DNA of 64,000 bases, from contig JABCTZ010000032.1 of the NCBI GenBank assembly GCA_018238155.1, forward strand, positions 1 to 64,000, in the 5' to 3' direction. The notes beneath the pieces were generated by a model. The model was given only the letters and a program-made list of their open reading frames with translations, did not search any database and had not been told where the DNA came from. Both the position numbers and the translations under genes were made by a program. Each line of letters opens with the position of its first letter. Positions within the stretch are counted from its first letter, which is position 1. Source of the stretch: Candidatus Heimdallarchaeota archaeon. GTDB lineage: Archaea; Asgardarchaeota; Heimdallarchaeia; JABLTI01. Of this stretch, positions 57,601 to 64,000 are shown piece by piece.

Positions 57601-59503
57601 ATAAGGTATAAAATTCTGCTATTGATAATCTCTTACCGTTAAAGTTTACAGTGTTTTTTAGAACTTCATCAGAGAAACGTTCTCCACCACAAGATGAGCA
57701 TGTTATCCATTGAGACGGGAGATACTTCATTTTTACCTCTTTCGCTCCAATACCTTTACACATAGTACAAGCACCAGCAGGTCGATTAAAGGAAAAATGC
57801 GAAGATGTGAGAGGTGTTTTTGAAGCATATATGTCTCGTATTATATCTGATAATTTCGTATAAGTAGCGGGATTTGATCTCGGATTTCGTCCAATCGGGT
57901 TTTGATCAACAATTACAGGTTTTATTCTTGATCCTATGATCTTTTTGCATCCTCTCACTTCTTTTGAGAGCAAAGAGGCTACAAGAACATCAATAACAAA
58001 AGTGCTTTTCCCTGAACCCGAAACACCTGTAACAACTGTTAATCTATTTAATGGAATTGAGATATCTATATTCTTTAAGTTTCGTAAATTTGCTTCCTTG
58101 ATAGTTAGAAATTCTGCCTGAGAGTTTCTTTTGGTGTGCAATGTTACTTTTTTTCTCATGCTAAAATATTGACCCGTATAGGTTGATGATTTCCACAGAT
58201 CTTCAGTTGACCCATCAAATACTATTTCACCACCAGATGTTCCTGCATCAGGTCCAATGTCTATAGCTCTCTTTGCAATTGCCGCTGCAAATCTATCATG
58301 TTCTACAAAAATAACAGGTCCTTTTAATTTCTGAAATATCGGTAAGAAATTTGAAACATCTGCCATATGTTGACCAATTGTCGGTTCATCTAATACATAA
58401 AGCATATCTTCAAGCTTACTTGATATTGCGACTGCTAATCTTACTCTTTGAGATTCACCTCGAGATAATGTTGGTGAAGACCGATTTAGAGATAAATATC
58501 CTAGACCTACTTGTTGTAATGCTTCCAATCTCTTTGTTATTTCAAACAAAACTCTATCTGCTGTATGAGGTAAATCAACATTTTTGAGTAATTTTCTAAC
58601 CTCATCTACTGGCTTTATAAGCAGATTTGGTAAGTTTTTACCATTTAATAATACCGGAACTGCTAGAGGGTGTAATCCAGTTTCTTTACAAATATTGCAA
58701 CCACTTCCTTTACAATATGAACACTGTGAATGAAAATGTAGTGCTCTTAGTTCACCAAACCAATTTCCACAAACCACACAAATAGATTCTTGGGAGAGTG
58801 TCAATTTGATAATATCCGATTGAACTTCTACTGCATTTATGCCCAAAGAATTAACTTGCTGTAGAATTTCTCGAACCTTTTTTACAGAAGTGTTTTTATC
58901 AATAATACCAATTTTAAGTTTAACAGAATGCTTCTTTTTAGGATGTAGTTTTTCTCCACGATAAGGTTTACCATCAACAATGATATCCTCTTGTTTAAAA
59001 TTCTCTATTAGTAGTTCTAATAATGTTCGATGACTTCCTTTCACATCGATAAGCATAGGTGCAAAAATAATGAGATCATATTTCTTCTTTAATAATAGTA
59101 ATTTATCTATTATCTCATCTTCTTTTAACACCTGTAATGGTGCATCACATTTTGAACAATGACGTTCACCAAATGTGGCATATATCAGGCGTAAAAATGG
59201 GTGTATTCCTGATGCTGTTGCCAATGTAGAAAGAGGGTTTCTATTAAGCAGATTTTGCCCCACTGCAATAGTAGGACCTAATCCAGTAATGTTATCCACT
59301 TTTGCAGGAAATCCCTTGAGATTAGATGAGCGAGAAGAAAAAACATCCAAGAATCGTCGATTCGCTTCATGATATAATGTATCAAAGATGAGTGAGGTCT
59401 TCCCAGAGCCAGAAATTCCAGTAACAACCGTTATGCCGCTCTCAAAATCAATATTGACATTTTTTAGATTGTTTTCCTTCGCACCTTTAACACTAATTTT
59501 CAT
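54641..59503 (-). CDS. Tandem-duplicated UvrA-like ABC ATPase (four NBDs)
   Basis: Four Walker A motifs G(I/V)SGSGK(T/S); signatures LSRGE, LSGGE, LSAGE, LSGGE; four LDEP; NNLK motifs; CxxCxGxG zinc modules; start moved to the ATG at 59503. Confidence 0.92.
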   Translation of the reverse strand: MKISVKGAKENNLKNVNIDFESGITVVTGISGSGKTSLIFDTLYHEANRRFLDVFSSRSSNLKGFPAKVDNITGLGPTIAVGQNLLNRNPLSTLATASGIHPFLRLIYATFGERHCSKCDAPLQVLKEDEIIDKLLLLKKKYDLIIFAPMLIDVKGSHRTLLELLIENFKQEDIIVDGKPYRGEKLHPKKKHSVKLKIGIIDKNTSVKKVREILQQVNSLGINAVEVQSDIIKLTLSQESICVVCGNWFGELRALHFHSQCSYCKGSGCNICKETGLHPLAVPVLLNGKNLPNLLIKPVDEVRKLLKNVDLPHTADRVLFEITKRLEALQQVGLGYLSLNRSSPTLSRGESQRVRLAVAISSKLEDMLYVLDEPTIGQHMADVSNFLPIFQKLKGPVIFVEHDRFAAAIAKRAIDIGPDAGTSGGEIVFDGSTEDLWKSSTYTGQYFSMRKKVTLHTKRNSQAEFLTIKEANLRNLKNIDISIPLNRLTVVTGVSGSGKSTFVIDVLVASLLSKEVRGCKKIIGSRIKPVIVDQNPIGRNPRSNPATYTKLSDIIRDIYASKTPLTSSHFSFNRPAGACTMCKGIGAKEVKMKYLPSQWITCSSCGGERFSDEVLKNTVNFNGKRLSIAEFYTLSVSKAYSLIQSDKDIVKKYQQDALRILKAMIDVGLGYLPLGQPSTTLSGGEAQRVKLAKYLGKATLRNSIIILDEPSTGLHPKDIIGLLNVLDCLVAVGATILVVEHNSDIIRAADWVIDLGPKAGDLGGELVFSGSPKELQNDKKSLTGQFLNSEKLIHPSTIASQREYVASSSISIKGARIHNLRNISVNFPKNTLIVVTGVSGSGKSSIVSDILENEARKRFLETLSLYERQGVREGPEVPVDSVTGLGVTISIGPRKRSYNLRSNVNHETGIAHQLAILYANIGEKECSECGTQLERKEEWYCPACGNREAKAKVRHFSSQNYAAACETCNGIGSLRKPRPEKLIVNSEKPICNGAMYSPGFFPFGYICKPLNGGYYILRALAEKYNFDPETTPWNEMSKKAQDAFLFGHPEPLEGISIGRKGRTHHFKQKYPGFYGWIRDWDVGGTYTETEICLTCKGGHLKSQYLAVTLAGYNIHELSDLSIAEIIKILSKIAIPENIPKYSTASLLKIQKRLKFLNQVGLGYINLNRIHGTLSAGEAQRIKLAGLLGSGLTSLTILLDEPSRGLHPSEVSNLLVALKELKDEGNTVIIVEHDPVIIRAAEYIIDVGPGPGVAGGKIVAKGSIEEILQKSTITAKWLQGKRKFDYPTSRRVPNDWMKITGAEENNLKGKEIKLPLGVLVGVCGVSGSGKSTLMIDTIGRALVPKKQTTSVAYEPIKPGKHKEIIGTPKRVVLVDQTRREITNPFTFLGLAKTFYDIFAETEIAQALGLDSKKIAQKCSVCGGRGRTYIKMDFLPSIIETCETCRGSGHTAEIWDIKVKGYSLPEMYQLTIDQLFNLFKDEESISRKLKIVKDVGLGYIVLRQPGYTLSGGESQRLKIAWELNKKKPINALYILDEPTVGLHLEDINLLIQVLNRLVDAGNTVMVIEHCPELLAACDWLVELGPIGGPQGGKIIAEGTPESIAERTTPTSPFIKQILEDSK

Positions 59504-59842
59504 ACAAATCAACCAAATGATTAATTTCAAGAATTCTAATTATTCGAATGTATAATATGTCTTAGCTAATTCATTTTGAATAATCTTTTGTCTTCGTTTT
59601 GAAAACAATTCATTTTTTAGTAATTGTTTCAAATCTTTTTCACAAACGGAAGAAGTAAATTGTAACACACCGTGTCCTCTTTCCGTTCTATTGTTTTCTT
59701 AGATATAATTACAAACTGTATAAATAACATAGCTAAGAGATAACTGTAAGTATTGTTGAACCGCTAAAACAACTCAAAAAGAAAGAGATAAGAACACTAA
59801 AGTTCATTGTTTAGCTAGTAATCTGATAACAAGGTTGAATCA

Positions 59843-60520
59843 ATGAATAAAAGATATTATTCTGAAAAACTATCAGCAAATAATCTCAAAAGATGCTATG
59901 GGATTGCATCACCGAGAGTTCAACAATATCTAACAGCTGAAATAGATTTTGTTTTAACTTTCTTAAAACCTGATTCAATTGCTCTTGAGCTTGGATGTGG
60001 ATATGGACGTGTTTTGAAATATGTTGCTATGAATTCTCAAGAAGCATATGGAATAGATACTTCTGCAGAAAGCTTAGAGCTTGCAGAAGAGTATTTATCT
60101 GATAATAAGAACGTGAAACTTTTCAATATGAATGTTGCTGATCTTACTTTTGATGAGAATATGTTTGATATTGTATTTGCTTTACAAAATGGTCTTTCAG
60201 CTTTCAAAGTAAACCCAATACCTCTTATAAAAAAGTGCTTGGAAATAACAAAGAAAGGTGGTAAGGTTATTTTCAGTAGCTATTCTGAAAAGATATGGGA
60301 TGCAAGGTTGGATTGGTTCAAGAAGCAATCTCAAGAAGGATTAATAGGCGAGATTGACTTTGAAAAAACAAATGAAGGAACTATAATCTGTAAGGATGGT
60401 TTTAAAGCAACTACTTTCTCAAAAGATGACTTCTCAGATTTAAGTCTAGATCTGGACGTTGATTCTTATATTAAAGAGATAGACCAATCAAGCATTTTCT
60501 GGGTAATTTCTGTAGATTGA
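59843..60520 (+). CDS. Class I SAM-dependent methyltransferase
   Basis: LELGCGYGR, GIDTS, FDIV, KKGG. Confidence 0.88.
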   Translation: MNKRYYSEKLSANNLKRCYGIASPRVQQYLTAEIDFVLTFLKPDSIALELGCGYGRVLKYVAMNSQEAYGIDTSAESLELAEEYLSDNKNVKLFNMNVADLTFDENMFDIVFALQNGLSAFKVNPIPLIKKCLEITKKGGKVIFSSYSEKIWDARLDWFKKQSQEGLIGEIDFEKTNEGTIICKDGFKATTFSKDDFSDLSLDLDVDSYIKEIDQSSIFWVISVD

Positions 60521-60551
60521 AGAAATATTCAGTGATAAAAAAAGATATTCC

Positions 60552-60570
60552 TGGTCAGAGTATCTGACCA
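60552..60570. terminator. Hairpin between convergent genes
   Basis: TGGTCAGA-GTA-TCTGACCA. Confidence 0.5.
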
Positions 60571-60576
60571 ATAGAA

Positions 60577-62361
60577 TTATTTGACTAATTTTTCTAATTC
60601 ATCAACAAAATACTCAAAACGTTTCATACCTAGCTTCCAAAAGTCTGGGTCAGTAACATCTAATCCAACTAATTTACCAATTTCAATTGGGGAAAGGCTG
60701 CTTCCTGCTGAAAGGACTTTTTTAAATTTAGGCACAAAATCTTTTCCTTCCTCAATGTACTTTTGATAAAGCGCATAGACAAACATTTGAGCATAGACAT
60801 AAGGATAGTTATAAAATCTGAAGTTGGGCATATAATAATGACCTTTCATGGTCCATTCTGCTTCCATCTCATCTGACCATTCTATTGCATCACCATAGAT
60901 TCTATCTCGGTTCTTTGTCCAATATTTGCTAATTGTTTTGAAATCTAAGTACTCTCCACGTTTGATAGCATCATAAAGATCTTGTTCAAACCAGGCTCTT
61001 GCGGTTACTTGGAATGCTGCCATTCCTGCTCCATCAAGAACTTGACAGATAATTGCTTTTTTCTCATTGTCTGATTGAGCTTGACTCATCAATAAATCAG
61101 TCAATAATAACTCGCCAAAAATAGATGCTGTTTCAGCTACTACCATTGGTGTTCTACTATTAAGAATAGTCTGTGCAGGAATGAAATAATAATCATGTGT
61201 TGCGTGACCAAGCTCGTGTGCTAAAGTGTACACTCCACCTAGTGCATTATTGAAGCTTTGGAGTATAAATGCTGATTTTCCTTTATACCAGCTTGCACAA
61301 AAAGCACCATTTCTTTTTCCAAATCTTGGTGAAGCATCTATGTGTTTTTGTTTGAACATATCCTTAGTAGCAAATGCATATTCCTCGTCAAATTTACCAT
61401 ATGCCCCTATGACAAGTTCCTCTGCTTTCTTAAAATCGTACTTGATATCAGGTGCATCTGGCAAAGGTGCAGTAATATCGTAATTTGCTAATTTTGGCAG
61501 ACCTAACATTTTAGCTTTTAATTTCAAGTATCGTCTATATAAATGCGAATGCTCATCAATTGCCTTTAGTAGGTTGCTAATAACCTCTTGGGAAATATCG
61601 TTTGCTATTAAACTAGCATGCATTTCAGAATCATATTTTCTTTTTTTAGTTGTTGTTTCCCAATCATTGAAAATGTTCCTCATAGCTGATGAGAATATCT
61701 CTCCGTCATTTCTTAATAAACCATATATTGATTTATTAGCTAATTTTCGAGTTTCTCGATCTTTATGAGGGAGTAATGCATTTGCTTGTCCATAGGAAAG
61801 CTGCTTCATTTCTCCTTCAACTTTTACATCAAACATTCGAGTATTGAGCCATTTACTCTGAAGCTGTTGCCAACCATTAACACCGAATTGATCTTTTTCA
61901 ATTATTAATTGCTCCTCAATTTCTGAAAGCTGATGTGGAACACCACGAACAAGTTTTTCCATAAAATGTTTATAATTGCTAAGAATAGGATTTTCAATCA
62001 ATTCTTTTTTCTTAAAGACTAATTTTCCAACATCTAATATGAGGAAAGCAAGTTTCTTAGCATTTTGTGCTTGAATTTTACTCATTCTATCATTTAGTTG
62101 TTGAGTTTCCGGTAGAGTCATATTTGCTGCAAAAGATAAGCGAGCATACATTACGATATTCCCAGATTCAATACGATATTCCTCAAAAACTTGTAAAAGT
62201 TTGAGTAATCCTTTTGCTGATAAATTCTTAATTTTTCCTTGATATTTTGTTGCCAAGTTTGCAACCATTTCATTTATTTTGTCTATTGTTTTATCAATTG
62301 AAGGATCAGTTACACTTGGAAAAACACTAGACATATCCCATACAATGTCGTTTTTTGTCAT
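60577..62361 (-). CDS. pepF: M3B oligoendopeptidase F
   Basis: WDMS, GKRNGAFC, TLAHELGHATH, AETASIFGE, HYY...FYNYPY. Confidence 0.93.
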   Translation of the reverse strand: MTKNDIVWDMSSVFPSVTDPSIDKTIDKINEMVANLATKYQGKIKNLSAKGLLKLLQVFEEYRIESGNIVMYARLSFAANMTLPETQQLNDRMSKIQAQNAKKLAFLILDVGKLVFKKKELIENPILSNYKHFMEKLVRGVPHQLSEIEEQLIIEKDQFGVNGWQQLQSKWLNTRMFDVKVEGEMKQLSYGQANALLPHKDRETRKLANKSIYGLLRNDGEIFSSAMRNIFNDWETTTKKRKYDSEMHASLIANDISQEVISNLLKAIDEHSHLYRRYLKLKAKMLGLPKLANYDITAPLPDAPDIKYDFKKAEELVIGAYGKFDEEYAFATKDMFKQKHIDASPRFGKRNGAFCASWYKGKSAFILQSFNNALGGVYTLAHELGHATHDYYFIPAQTILNSRTPMVVAETASIFGELLLTDLLMSQAQSDNEKKAIICQVLDGAGMAAFQVTARAWFEQDLYDAIKRGEYLDFKTISKYWTKNRDRIYGDAIEWSDEMEAEWTMKGHYYMPNFRFYNYPYVYAQMFVYALYQKYIEEGKDFVPKFKKVLSAGSSLSPIEIGKLVGLDVTDPDFWKLGMKRFEYFVDELEKLVK

Positions 62362-62866
62362 TCAGTTCATCTACATATTTTTCATTTCTCTAATAACTTT
62401 CTCTGTTCTTTATTATCAATTATTCGCTTAAGATGTTGAATAGTTTTCTATTATTCTTGATAATTATTTGAGTGGAATTGGCGCGATACAAATAATATTC
62501 ATTTGGTTGGTAATCTAGAACTACGTCAAAGTCAAAGAATAAGCAATTTTTCATATGTGTATTATTCTTGAGTAAATACAAGATGTCCTTCTCTTCTATT
62601 TTAGTTCCACAGAGTTCTCTGTCTTTTCGCACATTCCATGCTGTAATCAAAAATATTATGCAAAAATTTAGTTATAATACTTGACAATGGATAGAATAGT
62701 GCCAAAAATCAAAGAAAAACTGAAAAATCCACGGAAGATTTTACTAGACATACCGAGTTTTTGAACTATATCTGTGTACTTTTTTTCTATAATGCTTTTA
62801 ATACATTCTGCAGTAGTATATTAGTAAGTATAATGAGATTAGATAACTTTTAGAGTTGACTATTAA

Positions 62867-64000
62867 ATGAATTTTAAAACTTTATTCAAAAACAAAAAAG
62901 CTGTGAGCAACGTCATCGGTGCAGTTATTATGATTGGTGTTACAATATCAGCAGTTTCTTTAGTTTATGGTATTCTAAGTTCAACCATGAGCTTCAACTC
63001 CAGCATTGTTCCAGCAGGAGCAATAAGTGCTGAAGATGTTGATCAAGACGGTTTAATTGATAGAATGACTGTGCCACTAATAAACAAAGGGTTGGCAAAT
63101 GCAGATATTAAAAGCGTTGTTGTAACTCAAGGTGATAATACCTATTTATGGTACACTTTAGACAGCAGTGTCCGAACAAGTACAATGGAAGAACTCAATA
63201 TTTATGCTTTAGGTGTTCTCCAACAAATACAACCAGTTCAAACTTTTAATATTGAAATTTTCTTTGAAGATAGTGTTTATACTTCTCCTGGCTATGTTAT
63301 AATTGATGCCTCAGAAGTTCCAGATGAAATCATCCCAATAATTGTTGAAGGAGAATCTGTTCCTTTTCCTGGTTTTAATACATTAGTTGAAAGAACACGT
63401 GAGGATGATGAATACGCTAAGAGAAGATTCCCATCAGAAACCGGATGCTCTCCAAACTTATGGTTCTTACTTGGTGAATTTGATGATAATAATAAGAGAC
63501 CAGACCTAAATACTGATTTCATTTCAGAATGTGGTAATGGTAATGAAGAAGAATATCTACCATATCTTTTAGATACTACAGAATTTACCGAAGGAAAGAT
63601 TGGAGCCCAAAGTAACAATAGAATTACACCATACAATGACTCTGGTGAGCACGCTGGATTAATTGCATTTAACAAGTATGGCAATTGGGACAAACAAGAC
63701 CAATTAAATTGGGGCAAATATGGTGTTGTCTATATGTGGACATACATCTATGTTCCTGGTGATGATGATATCACAGTTGGTTTAGGAGCTAATGGTGCAT
63801 CCGAATTCAAAGTTTGGCTAAATGGTGATTACACTCTATCTGGAACAAAGAAAAACAGATGGTATGTAGATAATGAAGTTACACTAAATGCTGGTTTGAA
63901 TCTAGTTATGATGAAGATCTCTGCGAAAGTAAACGCACATTTTGCAGGACAAATTGTCTTCTTCAACTCCGAAAACACCAATGCTGATTTGAGCACTCTC
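62867..64000 (+). CDS. 3'-truncated archaeal type IV pilin-like protein with a large C-terminal beta-rich (PA14/CBM-like) region; absent from the ORF track
   Basis: Manual translation, open for 378 codons to the edge: MNFKTLFKNKKA|VSNVIGAVIMIGVTISAVSLVY (class III signal peptide); DVDQDG loop; YMWTYIYVP...FKVWLNG...VTLNAGLNLVMMK. Confidence 0.85.
   Translation, partial: MNFKTLFKNKKAVSNVIGAVIMIGVTISAVSLVYGILSSTMSFNSSIVPAGAISAEDVDQDGLIDRMTVPLINKGLANADIKSVVVTQGDNTYLWYTLDSSVRTSTMEELNIYALGVLQQIQPVQTFNIEIFFEDSVYTSPGYVIIDASEVPDEIIPIIVEGESVPFPGFNTLVERTREDDEYAKRRFPSETGCSPNLWFLLGEFDDNNKRPDLNTDFISECGNGNEEEYLPYLLDTTEFTEGKIGAQSNNRITPYNDSGEHAGLIAFNKYGNWDKQDQLNWGKYGVVYMWTYIYVPGDDDITVGLGANGASEFKVWLNGDYTLSGTKKNRWYVDNEVTLNAGLNLVMMKISAKVNAHFAGQIVFFNSENTNADLSTL

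Noticed and set aside
59598-59687. Imperfect inverted repeats upstream of the UvrA-like gene as a damage-response operator
   Set aside because: Both need indels and are AT-rich; too weak without comparative data
62420-62650. 76-aa ORF upstream of pepF
   Set aside because: TTG start, no motif, lies in AT-rich intergenic DNA
1-64000. CRISPR arrays, IS elements, rRNA
   Set aside because: No regularly spaced repeats, transposase ORFs or rRNA-like tracts seen

Overview
AT-rich archaeal chromosomal segment, most likely from an Asgard archaeon. This is inferred from archaeal housekeeping genes (PolD large subunit DP2, rpl7ae-rps28e-rpl24e, fni, tsr3, archaeal SRP RNA, intron-containing tRNA-Asn) occurring with several eukaryote-like proteins: a Rab-like GTPase, a JAMM/MPN protein, a LIM-like/DA1 peptidase, and longin-, DENN- and gelsolin-like domains. 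No CRISPR array, rRNA, transposase or integrase was found. The only selfish element is a Gln-ending LAGLIDADG intein in DP2. The most unusual element is a five-gene nuoA-J-K-L-M (complex I/Mrp-like) membrane-arm operon whose frames are intact but which has lost most of the charged residues needed for proton pumping and has no redox module in the window. Other highlights: a tandem pair of tiny CxxCx4C proteins; a tail-anchored JAMM isopeptidase near a Rab-like GTPase; an eight-finger DA1-type peptidase; an orphan EutA; HEAT proteins with a shared C-terminal cap; a four-ATPase UvrA coupled to a QW-repeat protein; a k-turn-like leader on rpl7ae; and a pilin-adhesin ORF missing from the ORF track. 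All assignments come from motif reading and recalled family alignments; no searches were run.
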